DNA of 58,881 nt, counting the filler, from Squatina squatina (taxonomy: Eukaryota), in NCBI GenBank assembly GCA_031763465.1. It is 3 parts of 3 records of this genome, joined end to end, with 100 filler letters (N's around TTAATTAATTAA, not from the genome) between each part and the next. Parts side by side here need not be neighbours in the genome. Positions count along the whole stretch, not along the records: positions 1 to 16,469 come from JARFOE010000168.1; positions 16,570 to 35,557 come from JARFOE010000004.1; 1 more part is not named here. One strand, written 5' to 3'. A program made the position numbers and the translations under genes. Positions within the stretch are counted from its first letter, which is position 1, and each line of letters starts with the position of its first letter. This document shows positions 12,797-25,300 of the stretch, one piece after another. Under the pieces are notes generated by a model. That model was not told where the DNA came from, ran no database searches, and saw only the letters and a program-made list of their open reading frames with translations.

Positions 12797-13398
12797 GAAA
12801 ACAATCAGTGCCATGCAGTGGGCCCTATTAGAAATTACACATTAATGGCTGTTGAGTGATGGCCAGAATAGGATCGGCTGTGATGTCTCCAACCACTCAG
12901 TCTGCCAACACTGTCCAGGATCACACATCAACAGGTGCCCATTCAACATGAATCAAGAGTCTTCAGGAGAGGAGGGAAGAATGGGGGACACATTTTTAAA
13001 AAGTATGTGTCCCCCATTTAAAAATTAATAGGCTCATTAAAACTAGTAAGCGTTTACAAAATGTGTCAGAGAGAGCATTGAACTTTAACCCTTGGAGCTG
13101 CAGGATCAGAATCCAGGAATCAATCTGCAACGAACAGCATTGCAGCTCATCTCCTGTGCAAAAACACACCAGTAGCCCGTTGGAGACGCAATGTAACAGT
13201 GAAAATGTTAAGCAGAACCTATTTTCTTTCTGATTTTAATTCCAGGCAGCTTTAAAATAAACTGCAATGGCATATCAAGGACTCCAATTTAGTTCATCTA
13301 CTGAGCCACACTACCGATTACTTGGGGTGTATGGGAATTACCATAACAAAAAGGTGAAATATTCTTAGCATCAGTGTTGTCACTGAACCCATACTTAC

Positions 13399-13554
13399 CA
13401 TTCCCATGTCTAACAAGTTATGTAGCTCCAGTTGCTGGTAAACTTTCATCCTGTAATCATCCATTTGCTGTTTTTTATGTTTAGCCAGATCATAGTCTTC
13501 TTTTTCTATTGCACAGCGCTTTTCCACCTCGTAACGGCCCAGGCGCTCTCCTAC
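13399..13554 (-). CDS. CEP104: CEP104 coiled-coil exon (VGERLGRYEVEKRCAIEKEDYDLAKHKKQQMDDYRMKVYQQLELHNLLDMGM)
   Basis: CAG acceptor and GTAAGT donor; 156 nt. Nearly identical to remembered CEP104 VGERLGRYEVEKRCAVEKEDYDLAK. Confidence 0.95.
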
Positions 13555-13734
13555 CTGAACAAAACAAAAAAAGTGTTACCTACCTGAGGAATGAAAAAAC
13601 ATTTATATAGGCAATTCTCTAACCAAATGTACATNNNNNNNNNNNNNNNNNNNNNNNNNNNNNNNNNNNNNNNNNNNNNNNNNNNNNNNNNNNNNNNNNN
13701 NNNNNNNNNNNNNNNNNNNNNNNNNNNNNNNNNN

Positions 13735-13970
13735 GAGGGATAAATATTGGCCAGGACAGCGGGTATAACTCCGCTACTCTTCTTCGAAATAGCGTCATGG
13801 GATCTTATGTCCAAATGAGAGCGCACGCCTCAATGCCTCATCCAAAAGTTGGCATTCCGACAGTGCAGCACTCCCTCAGTACTGCACTAGCTTTTTGTGC
13901 TCAAGTCTCTGGAGTGGGACGTGAGCACACAACCTTCCGACGGTGAGTGTGCTACCCACTAAGCCATGGC
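13735..13970 (-). mobile_element. DeuSINE copy
   Basis: gagggataaatattggccaggac...gtgctacccactaagccatggc. Confidence 0.85.
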
Positions 13971-14681
13971 CGATTCTTGACAGTTGAAATATCAGACAAC
14001 AGTGAAGTTTTACTATGCTTCTGGCCAGTGCTGTACCACTATTTGGCTACCCAGCTGATGACAACAATTACAATAATGCCAACTTCAGTAGAAGTTTGGA
14101 TTTCCATAACTCTAGTTGTTATTTATTTAATACCTTGTGGTTTCAAATCCTTTGTTCCTTCTTTATCCTACAAGAAAGGCAATTCACAAAAGATACCCTG
14201 CTGAAAGTATGGGATTGAATGGGACTGATCTTAATCCCAAACAGGATTCAATTAATTTATAATCAGGAGGGACGAAACCAGAAAGGTTGGAGCAGCATTC
14301 CATTAAACTGACACAAATGAGCTCATGCCATATGACTTTCCATCAACAACCTACTAAAGAACAGACAAACCTCTGTTGTGCTAGGTTTACTTAAGTGGCA
14401 TTACCTTAAACTCATGACCTCTTGGTGGAAAAGCAGTAGTCAAGGTCAATCAGGAGCCCTATTCCTAATGGCATGCTATAACTGGTCACTAGCAGGTGAG
14501 AGAAAGGCACAAGTTGATACATCTTCAGTCTCTCCTCAGAGAAATTGTGTACAGTCTTGGGGCCAAATGCACGTCCAAGCATTCCATGGTGCAGCACATT
14601 AATACGCTAACACACTGTTGCAGCTATTTGTTTTGCTGTTCAAATACATAATATCAATGCAGAGCTTTCTCAACTATTTAC

Positions 14682-14758
14682 CTGAAATAAGTTCCATCAA
14701 GTGCTGGGTCATCTGGACTACGTCCAAGGTAGTGATCAATCAGCTTATCTTTAGTGGG
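14682..14758 (-). CDS. CEP104: CEP104 short exon (PTKDKLIDHYLGRSPDDPALDGTYF)
   Basis: TAG acceptor after a T-rich tract and GTAAAT donor; 77 nt. The KLIDHYLG..DPALxGTY motif is CEP104-like. Read by hand; it is not in the ORF track. Confidence 0.88.
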
Positions 14759-16469
14759 CTACAAGAAAAAAAGTGAACTTTTCATTGAATTACTTCAATT
14801 AATTTGGTTGAGAGGACATGCTGCAACGTGCAAATCTGTGCTACAATGACATCAGGCCTCACTTTGTATTGAATTACAATGGAAAGTTTTAATAACAGAA
14901 ATGACAGTGGCTTCAGGTAATAAAGAAACCTTTTTGTTGGAGGATGGAACCTAGCTGAAAATCAAAAATTCCAGTAAACAGTATTCTACATTACTAACAA
15001 AGGCCACGCTACACTGANNNNNNNNNNNNNNNNNNNNNNNNNNNNNNNNNNNNNNNNNNNNNNNNNNNNNNNNNNNNNNNNNNNNNNNNNNNNNNNNNNN
15101 NNNNNNNNNNNNNNNNNTCCAATAGGTCAACCAACTTTCTTCTTGTAGTTTAAGAACATTAAGATATGTCCTACACCTCTGTATTTCAGCGCAAAGACAC
15201 TATTCACAACTCTCCACCTACTGCAAACTGCATACTAAAAACGATTGGATTTTTGTTTTTGCTATTTTTAAAGATTACACAATATGCTTGAATATATAAT
15301 TGAAGCAAAATATTTAATACCAGGTTCCATAATTTAACTGCTGCAGGGACATCAGAATTGATTAATAAACTGGTCAATAAATCATGGCTTGGGGCACTAT
15401 GCCAGGGCTGGAAAGGAGGCAGTAATTCTCCAAAAGGGGTGTTGCCAACATCATTAATTCCCCATGGGGGACGGGGATGGGGGGGACAGGGGCTGAGTGA
15501 AGACCAGGCACAATACCCAGAGGTAGGGAGAATCAAAGCCTACTGCACACTTCCGACTGAACAGTTTCAAGTGGCAGTGGCAGGAGACTGATGGCTGATA
15601 CAGGATAACCAAAAAATTACATGGAAAAAGGACTCGCACCCTCAAATTAATGCCAAATTGAGAGGCAACGAGCCTACTAATTATTCTCGCTTTACTGCAG
15701 AGTAAACCTGGTAAAGCAACAAAACAGTAAAGCATAACAAAACCTTTTAATTTTACTAAAAAAAATTAAATGAATATCACCGTAACCCATTAAACAAACA
15801 AGATAATTGAAAGACTGCATTAATATAAAATAATTTTACCAAGATTAGGAGTATTTTGGAAAACAGTCATCAATCATTCCTGTTATTTGTTAACAAATAC
15901 CTATTGAACTAATTAAGATAAATGACACATAATCAAAAGTGAAATCTATTCTTTGTGTTAGGTTTTGAACACAGTCACACTGTTGGTCGTAGATTCTTGT
16001 GTTTATTTTTTACCGTAGCTGATTATCTTGTTCCAGCACTGTAGAATAATTGCTCGATATTGAAAAAAAATTGTCATTTCACTTCATCCACCGTTCATAG
16101 CAACTTTTCACTGAACTTACAAAGTCATCACTACTCCACATTACCAACCTGAAGAAAAACGACCATTTACAAAGAATTACAAACCATTCACTGGATCCCC
16201 ATGAATACATTATCTCAAGTATGCAAAGCTTTCTCAGATAAAATGTATGGATAAGTCATTTTCGTATAACCAGAGGAATCTGTGTAAAAGATTATTTTCC
16301 AAACCATACTACAATATTACAGTCTACCGCTAATTTAAAATGTACTATTTAGCTCGACACTCAACCTAAATCAATAATTATTCCAGAGGATGAATATATA
16401 CAAAATCCATAAAACTGTTTATATGAATGGGTTAGTCTTAGCTTTAAATTGCAGTTATGATTTTAAGTG

Positions 16470-16569
16470 NNNNNNNNNNNNNNNNNNNNNNNNNNNNNNN
16501 NNNNNNNNNNNNNTTAATTAATTAANNNNNNNNNNNNNNNNNNNNNNNNNNNNNNNNNNNNNNNNNNNN
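16470..16569. other. Artificial scaffold-joining spacer (44N-TTAATTAATTAA-44N)
   Basis: Palindromic 12-mer with stop codons in all six frames, centred in exactly 100 positions. Gene content changes across it. Confidence 0.95.
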
Positions 16570-16712
16570 GAAGGCTGTAAAGTGTCTAATCGAAAGATGA
16601 GGTGTTGTTCCTTGTGCTTCCTTTGAGCTTCATTAGAACAGTTTAGGAGGTTGAGGAAAGAGAGGTCAGAGTGGGAGTGGGGCAGAGAATTAAAATGGCA
16701 AGCAAAATGAGA
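16570..16712 (-). mobile_element. Penelope-like retroelement fragment (end of GIY-YIG endonuclease region)
   Basis: Minus translation ACHFNSLPHSHSDLSFLNLLNCSNEAQRKHKEQHLIFRLDTLQP; paralogous to 45595-45676. Confidence 0.75.
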
Positions 16713-17135
16713 AACTTTCACGCACAATATTTTTGCCTTGGCCTCAAACTCTGGAATTTGCTCCCTAAACCTCTCCACCTCCCTCTCCTCCCTTAGACCC
16801 CACCTCCGTGACCAAACTCCTAACAGCTCCTTCTTTGACTCACAGTCCATTTCCCTCACGCGTCTGGGAAGCACTTTGAGACAACTCTCTATGTTAAAAT
16901 TGCTGTATAAATGCAAACAGTTCTTGCTGAAGCAATTTTATTTCTTGAAATGAATGTTATAAGAGATGCTGTTTCATATTCCAGTTTTAAACAAGGGTTA
17001 AAAAGTAGCATTCAAGTCGCTCCTTAACGCCTTCTTTGTCACTGAAAAGAATTGTACTGAGATCAGCTGGTATGAATGAGCATACTTATTACGACAGTTG
17101 GATGAGATTGTGTATTAATGAATTTCTCTTGGCAG

Positions 17136-17369
17136 AGTATAATATACTACTTGATTCGCTCACCGAAACTGGAAGACTGGTTAAGCAATGAATCCATACA
17201 GGAAGCTCTGCATCCGTGCACAGCATGGAATTACATCGACAGGGACCCAGCAGTTTTTAATGTGAACATTGATGAAGACTATGATCATTGCCTCAAGGGA
17301 ATCTCAAGAGCCAGCTTCTGTAATGCTTATCTGGAGTGGATCCAGCACTGCACCAGTAAAAGGACAAAG
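17136..17369 (+). CDS. PCNX2: Pecanex-like protein 2 exon (SIIYYLIRSPKLEDWL...LEWIQHCTSKRTK)
   Basis: CAG/GT boundaries, 234 nt, phase 0/0. FNVNIDEDY..CLKGISRASFCNAYLEWIQHC is closer to remembered PCNX2 than to PCNX1 or PCNX3. Confidence 0.88.
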
Positions 17370-17449
17370 GTACAAAATTAAATTTCACTCTCCCATAATC
17401 TCATTCATAGTCATCTTGTTCATTTCCTATTATTTCTCTGTAGTCTTAC

Positions 17450-17836
17450 ATAGAGTGTAAGTAGTATTTACAGCACAGAAGCAGGCCATTTGGCCCAACT
17501 GGTTCATGCCAGTCTATACGTTCCACACGAGCCTCCTCCCACTCCTCTTCATCTCACCTGAACCTTCTGTTCCTTTCTCCCTCATGTGCTTATCTATCTT
17601 CCCCTTAAATGGTATTCACCTCAACTACTTCCTGTGGTGGTGAGTTCCACATTCTCACCACTCACAAGAAGTTTCTCCTGAATTCCCTATTGAATCTATT
17701 AGTGACTCTTTTATGGCCCCTAGTTTTGGACTGTTGACGAGTAGAAACATCTTCTCTACATTTACCCTTTCAAACCCCTTCATAATTTTAAAGACCTCTA
17801 ACAGGTCACCCCCCAGCCCTCTCTTTTCTAGAGAAA
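17450..17836 (-). mobile_element. CR1 LINE 3' end
   Basis: Minus translation SLEKRGLGGDLLEVFKIMKGF plus a CR1-type 3' UTR. Confidence 0.8.
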
Positions 17837-18104
17837 NNNNNNNNNNNNNNNNNNNNNNNNNNNNNNNNNNNNNNNNNNNNNNNNNNNNNNNNNNNNNNNN
17901 NNNNNNNNNNNNNNNNNNNNNNNNNNNNNNNNNNNNAGAAAGACTGGGGTCACTGAGAGAGAAAGAGACTGGGGTTGGAAAGAGAGAGGAAGGCTGAGCT
18001 GAGTGAGGCAACGGGTCAAGATGTAAAGGAACTGGACTCTGGTTTTCATCGTGAGACTGAAATGTCGTGCTGATAAAACCCGTGCAGCAGATGCTGCACA
18101 GTAG

Positions 18105-18569
<465 letters not shown>

Positions 18570-19496
18570 NNNNNNNNNNNNNNNNNNNNNNNNNNNNNNN
18601 NNNNNNNNNNNNNNNNNNNNNNNNNNNNNNNNNNNNNNNNNNNNNNNNNNNNNNNNNNNNNNNNNNNNNNNNNNNNNNNNNNNNNNNNNNNNNNNNNNNN
18701 NNNNNNNNNNNNNNNNNNNNNNNNNNNNNNNNNNNNNNNNNNNNNNNNNNNNNNNNNNNNNNNNNNNNNNNNNNNNNNNNNNNNNNNNNNNNNNNNNNNN
18801 NNNNNNNNNNNNNNNNNNNNNNNNNNNNNNNNNNNNNNNNNNNNNNNNNNNNNNNNNNNNNNNNNNNNNNNNNNNNNNNNNNNNNNNNNNNNNNNNNNNN
18901 NNNNNNNNNNNNNNNNNNNNNNNNNNNNNNNNNNNNNNNNNNNNNNNNNNNNNNNNNNNNNNNNNNNNNNNNNNNNNNNNNNNNNNNNNNNNNNNNNNNN
19001 NNNNNNNNNNNNNNNNNNNNNNNNNNNNNNNNNNNNNNNNNNNNNNNNNNNNNNNNNNNNNNNNNNNNNNNNNNNNNNNNNNNNNNNNNNNNNNNNNNNN
19101 NNNNNNNNNNNNNNNNNNNNNNNNNNNNNNNNNNNNNNNNNNNNNNNNNNNNNNNNNNNNNNNNNNNNNNNNNNNNNNNNNNNNNNNNNNNNNNNNNNNN
19201 NNNNNNNNNNNNNNNNNNNNNNNNNNNNNNNNNNNNNNNNNNNNNNNNNNNNNNNNNNNNNNNNNNNNNNNNNNNNNNNNNNNNNNNNNNNNNNNNNNNN
19301 NNNNNNNNNNNNNNNNNNNNNNNNNNNNNNNNNNNNNNNNNNNNNNNNNNNNNNNNNNNNNNNNNNNNNNNNNNNNNNNNNNNNNNNNNNNNNNNNNNNN
19401 NNNNNNNNNNNNNNNNNNNNNNNNNNNNNNNNNNNNNNNNNNNNNNNNNNNNNNNNNNNNNNNNNNNNNNNNNNNNNNNNNNNNNNNNNNNNNNNN

Positions 19497-19663
<167 letters not shown>

Positions 19664-19797
19664 TAAGTGTTGGCCTACATTGGCTCCTGGTCCCCCAAAC
19701 TCCACCGATTTAAAGTTCTCATCCGCATGTCCAATTCCCTGCATGGTCTCTACCCTCCCTATCTCTGTAACCTCCTCTAGTCCAATAACATCTCCCC

Positions 19798-20202
19798 CTC
19801 TCGCCTCCGAGTCAGAAGGTTGTGGGTTCAAGTCCCACTCCAGAGAATTCAGCACAAACATCTAGGCTGAGACTCCCGGGCAATGCTGAGTGAGCGCTGC
19901 ACTGATGGATGAGGCATTAAACCGAGGCACCGTCTGCCCTCTCAGGTGGACATTAAAAATCCCATGGCCACTACTTTGAAGAAACGCAGGGGAGTTCTTC
20001 CCACTGTCCTGGTCAATATTTATCCCTCAACCATCATCACTAATTATCTGGTTTTCCTGGATTATCTGGTTTTTATCACATTGCTGTTTGTGGGAGCTTG
20101 CTGTGCACAATTTGGCTGCCGTGTTTCCTACACTACAACAGTAACTATACTCCAGAAGTACTTCAGTAGCTGCAAAGCGATTTGAGATGTCCTGAGATTG
20201 TG
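19798..20202 (+). mobile_element. DeuSINE inserted in an L2 3' fragment (L2 at about 19695-19797 and 20205-20313)
   Basis: SINE body is recognisable. Its two flanks join into a sequence collinear with the L2 copy at 47212-47590. Confidence 0.8.
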
Positions 20203-20413
20203 ACGCTGACTCTGGCTTCTTGCACATCCTCCACTCACCATCGCTCTACCATTGGCAGCCGTGCCTTCAGCCGCCTGGGCCCCAAGCGCTGGAATTCCCT
20301 CCCGAATCCATCTNNNNNNNNNNNNNNNNNNNNNNNNNNNNNNNNNNNNNNNNNNNNNNNNNNNNNNNNNNNNNNNNNNNNNNNNNNNNNNNNNNNNNNN
20401 NNNNNNNNNNNNN

Positions 20414-20850
20414 GTGCGGTGGTCACTGCTACCAATGCTGTCATGGACAGATGCTTCTGCTACCGGTAGATTGGTGAGGACGAGGTCAAGGAGGTTTTTC
20501 CCTCGTGTTGGTTCTCTCACTAGCTGTTGCAGGCCCAGTCTGGCAGCAACGTCCTTCAGGACACGGCCAGCTCTGTCAGCAGTGGTGCTATCGAGCCACT
20601 CTTGGTGATGGACATTGAAGTCCCCCACCCAGAGTAAATTCTGTGCTCTTGCTACTCCTGGTGCTTCTTCAAAGTGGTATTGAACATGGAGAAATACTGA
20701 TTTATCAGCTGAGGGAGAGCGGTAGGTGGCAATCAGCAATAGGTTTCCTTGCCCGTGCTTGACCTGAAGCCATGAGACTTTATGGGGGCCGGAGTCAATG
20801 TTGACAACTCTCAGGGCTACACCTGCCCAACTGTATACCACAGTGCCACG
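20414..20850 (-). mobile_element. Non-LTR retrotransposon APE endonuclease fragment
   Basis: YRSPS, VGDFNVHH, PTRGKNLLDLVLTN and SSDH are canonical APE motifs. Confidence 0.85.
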
Positions 20851-21389
20851 TGGTGGGATTTGAACTGATGTCTTTGCATCAGTAGTCCAATAGCCTCTGT
20901 ATTACTGGCCCCGCAACTTAACCACTACACTACCGATTACCCTTGAGAAGGTGATGGTGAACCCTCTTCTTGATCCACTGCAGTCTGTGTGGTGAAGGTA
21001 CTCCCATAGTGCTGTTAGGGAGGGAGTTGCAGGATTTTGACCCAGCGATGATGAAGGAATGGCGATATATTTCCAAGTCCGGCTAGTGCGTGACTTTGAG
21101 AGGAATTTAGGGCTGATGGTGTTCCCATGCGCTGCTGCCCTTGCCCTTCTCGGTGGTAAGGGTTGCGGGTTTGGGAGGAAATGCTATTCAAGTAATATAT
21201 TTGCCAAATATTGAATAGCTAGTCAACCGCTGCACAATTGCAATCAGCCAACAGACGTCTAAATCGAGCCTTGTGTAAAGTATACAGGAAGAGCAATGGG
21301 TCCAGTTTGACTTTGTCCAAGTGTCTTAATTGTATCAGTGAGGTTGCGATGAATGAATTACTGTACGATCTGTTCCTTTTCCTTTTCAG

Positions 21390-21838
21390 GATGGAGAGAA
21401 CAAAGAACAGTGCAGGCTCGTTCATCTCGACCAGACACCCAGCCACCACCTGCTACAAGTCATTCGGGGTCTATGCCGGAAACACGGCAGCCAACCTCTC
21501 AGACTTCAACATCTGTCCAGGGCCTGGTTCAAAGGCTATCCAACAGCCAGCTGTCATTCAATACCTCAATAGCTTCTATGTTATCCCAAGTACCTCGACT
21601 CTCCACCGCAAGCCAGCTCAGCAGTCAGAGCCCTTCGGGCACGCGGAACAGGTGCAGCATTACCTCCTCCACCAGCTCCACCCTCAGCCTTCTGTTTGGG
21701 AAAAGAAGTTTATCCAGCGGACTCGTGATCTCTGGGCTCTCAGCAGCAGAGGGAGGGAACACGACTGACACCCAGTCAACGAGCAGCGTCAACATTGCGC
21801 TTGGGACATCGGTCAGCCGCGGAAGCCAAATGACAAAG
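21390..21838 (+). CDS. PCNX2: PCNX2 Ser/Thr-rich exon (...SSTLSLLFGKRSLSSGLVISGLSAAEGGNTTDTQSTSSVNI...)
   Basis: Pyrimidine tract plus CAG at 21387-21389; GTAACA donor at 21839. LFGKRS..S.LVISGLSAAEGGNT.DTQS is characteristic of PCNX2. Confidence 0.88.
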
Positions 21839-22009
21839 GTAACATTGCCATTCTTCACCTCCGTTCTAGGGGATCCAGATAGGTTCAGGGCCTGAGGGTT
21901 CTTTTTAATCATTCACAGGATGTGGGCATCAATGGTAAGGCCAGCATTTATTGCTTATCTCTGGTTGCCCTTGAGAAGGTGGTGGTGAGCTGCCTTCTGG
22001 ATTCACTGC

Positions 22010-22363
22010 TCTCATTTCCCTGTGAATCTGCTCTCCTTTCCCGGTGACTCTGCTCTCCTTTCCCGGTGACTCTGCTCTCCTTTCCCTGTGACGCTGCTCT
22101 CCAGTCCCTGTGACGCTGCTCTCCAGTCCCTGTGACGCTGCTCTCCAGTCCCTGTGACGCTGCTCTCCTTTCCCTGTGACGCTGCTCTCTTTTCCCTGTG
22201 ACGCTGCTCTCTTTTCCCTGTGACGCTGCTCTCCTTTCCCTGTGACGCTGCTCTCCTTTCCCTGTGACGCTGCTCTCCTTTCCCTGTGACGCCGCTCTCC
22301 TTTCCCTGTGAATCTGCTCTCCAGTCCCTGTGCGCCGCTCTACTTTCCCGGTGAATCCGCTCT
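22010..22363. repeat. 22-bp minisatellite (TCCCTGTGACGCTGCTCTCC[TT/AG]), about 16 visible copies, running into a gap
   Basis: Direct head-to-tail repetition with no unique spacers. Confidence 0.95.
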
Positions 22364-25300
22364 NNNNNNNNNNNNNNNNNNNNNNNNNNNNNNNNNNNNN
22401 NNNNNNNNNNNNNNNNNNNNNNNNNNNNNNNNNNNNNNNNNNNNNNNNNNNNNNNNNNNNNNNTATAAAAAATTTAATTTTATTTTTCAAAAAAGTTATA
22501 TTTTTATTTCAAAAGTTTAATAATATTGTAATTTAATTAATTTTAAATATGCAATGATTTTATATATTTGTTATGTTAATTCAGTTGTCTTGGAATTTTA
22601 TGAACACAGTTTAAATTGCTATGCATGATGCAGTATGGAGTATTTATATTGTTTCAGAAAATTAAACACTGCAATTTTTACCTTGATGGCTGAAAGGTTT
22701 ATTAATTGTATTGGAACACCAGAGTAGCTGCTATAATTTATGGGGGTAAACAAGGTAATTTTAATGCCCCATACTCAACAGAAGGGCATCATTATCCATC
22801 CATCAGGGCAAAAAGAATCTGGGGGTGAGTTTGAATTTAATTTAATTTGCTCTATAGTTAGTAATGGTGTGACTCAATTCCTGCACCGATATTTGTCTTC
22901 ACATAAACTAAGAATGCTTCTTAAATACTGGGTGCAGTTTTTTAGTTGGTAATGCCAAATAACCACAATCGATAGGTTGCTGAATAGTATAAACATGGGG
23001 GAGGTGGTGGACTGGTGTTCAGTCAGCAGACCTCGAAGCCCACATTTGAGTTCGCCTTTTCATGACAAGCTAAGTGATGAGGACAAAACAAAATTACATT
23101 CATCTCCACACCACTTTTATAGATATTCTTTCTTGGACAGGGTTTTGTTTCAGACTTCTGACTGTGAAATAAGAGCAATTGTTTGGGGGTAAGGTTGGTG
23201 ATTCACTTTATTTTAATCCAGTGATTTCCTGAAGTCCAGGTGCAATTGCAGATTTTAGTCCTGTAAATGCCTGATTACCATCAGCATAAAACAAACTGAG
23301 TGACCCTAACTAATTTACTCAGGCATTTAGCCTTACCTCCTGCCACAAGGAAGGCATGATAGAACAATCAAATTGCTCAGTTTGACTCACTGCACCAATT
23401 TAGACTGTTTCCTGTTGTATTTAACATCAGCTCATCGTGATGTAGACCACTGTCACTGATCAGCTGCTTATTTATACTTTATCCCAACAGTGTAACAGCA
23501 CATCCAGCTTCAGACAGTGAGCACTTAGTGCCTCCCTGCTCTTCTTCCATGGCCTCTGGCCATTTCCATGGCTCTCAGGCTTTCTGTTAGGGAGCTTAAA
23601 GAGTATATTCAGGCACTTCAGACAAGGGCAGGTCTTCCCCGGTTCCTCGACAGTTGGTGACCCTGTTTTAGTTACGAGCATAAACTGACTTAGGTCAGAG
23701 TGAGGGTCACATAGTTCAGAGCCAGTCTGGCATAAAATGGGACTTGCTACTTCAAAGTTACATCATACTTTGTCAATAGTGATACTTGGAACCAAAAATT
23801 AAAAGTTCAGCTCCAGTTTGTCATTATGAAAATAGTGAATTTAGGTTGCAAAGCAGAAATCCAAAATACTGTAATGTCATTTGAAGGATGTTCTGTGATT
23901 GTTGTATACAGTCTGTTACTCATTTACATTCTATTTGCTTTGTTAAAATGTATCGGGGAGAACAGGTTCAAACCAATTCCAAAATGAGTGCAGAATGGCT
24001 AGAACTGACAAAGGTGGGTTGTATTTGTGGACAAATGCCTAGTGTGTTCACATGACATTCTTCTGTCTGCTAATTTAGCAGATGTGTCAATAAAGGGAAT
24101 GTCGCAAAGATGTATTACGTGTTCATCTATTTTTCTTGCCAACATTAGTTTGCAGGATTAGATTTTCCTTGCTGGGACGATTGCAGGTGTGAGTGTGGAG
24201 GGGGCAGGGCGAGGGAGGAGGCGGTTTCCACCCACCCCAGGTAGTTGAAGAATGTTCCATGCTCAGGTCCATTAATGTATTTTCGGTGAGTTGTCGGTAT
24301 TAAAGCGGCAAGACTTACTTTTAAGCGGGGCAATAGAAAAATGGAAACCATCCCAAGTGTCTTTGTGAAACAAAAATGATGTCTGGAGAGATACTAGAGC
24401 CTGCTAAAGGAACTTGGTGGGCTTCAGCTTCCTGTCTTGGAGTTTCTTTCCTGAACTACCCACAGGTGATGTTTTGTTGGGGAGCAAGAAGAACAGAGGT
24501 ATCTTTAATTGAGAGAATTCTGCAAAGGCTCAGATTGGGACGACATTTCCAAACGGATGCTCCTTTACCCGGGATATCCCTTGCCTTGATGAGGACAAGA
24601 ATAANNNNNNNNNNNNNNNNNNNNNNNNNNNNNNNNNNNNNNNNNNNNNNNNNNNNNNNNNNNNNNNNNNNNNNNNNNNNNNNNNNNNNNNNNNNNNNNN
24701 NNNNTTCTAAATACATTATATCCTGCGATATTTAATTGCCAATCCTGTTCTTTATGTAGCCATGTATCAGTTATCCCTATGATATCTGGTCCCTTGCTAC
24801 ATTTTGATTGTTTTGCATGTTTGCTGCACTTGTCATCCCTTGTTCCCTTGATTTTCTATCAACTTGTTTCCAATTTTCCCAGATAGCTTTTCGAAATTAT
24901 ACAAGATCTATTTTCTAAAATTTCCTCCAGTCATTCTTATGTACTCCCTATATCACACGTCATTCCCTGACCATGAAGAAGACCACACAAGTGACTTGCT
25001 GCCAGGGTTCTGACAGTACTCCCTCTACCCAGCCACAAAGAAATGCATTAAGTGTGGCCCAGGTAAATTTGCCCTCTGCCTTTTTCCCAGTCGTCCTGAT
25101 CTGAAAATTCACCTTTCTGGAAATTAAATGTACCTGTTCTTTGCTGTCCAAATATTGCATGCCTTACCAGTATTACTGAATCATTACAACACATGGGGGG
25201 GATATTATTTAGAACTGCCTTTTGCCTGGCGCAACAAGCAGAATAGGTTTTCTCAAATTATAGGGGAACAATCGTTGGATACTCGATATATTTCAATTTT

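Noticed and set aside
16014-16148. AG/GT-bounded minus-strand segment upstream of the CEP104 exons
   Set aside because: Stops in all three frames and no homology; at most a UTR or cryptic exon, which I cannot support.
16514-16525. TTAATTAATTAA as a piggyBac target or regulatory palindrome
   Set aside because: It is centred in symmetric N padding twice, so it is an assembly linker.
21238-21768. 176-aa alternate-frame ORF overlapping the PCNX2 exon
   Set aside because: It starts in intronic sequence at TTG, and the other frame carries the PCNX2 homology.
22010-22363. Possible CRISPR array, and the 180-aa Arg/Glu-rich ORF on the minus strand
   Set aside because: Units are contiguous with no unique spacers, there are no cas genes and the context is a vertebrate intron. 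The ORF is a translation of the repeat.
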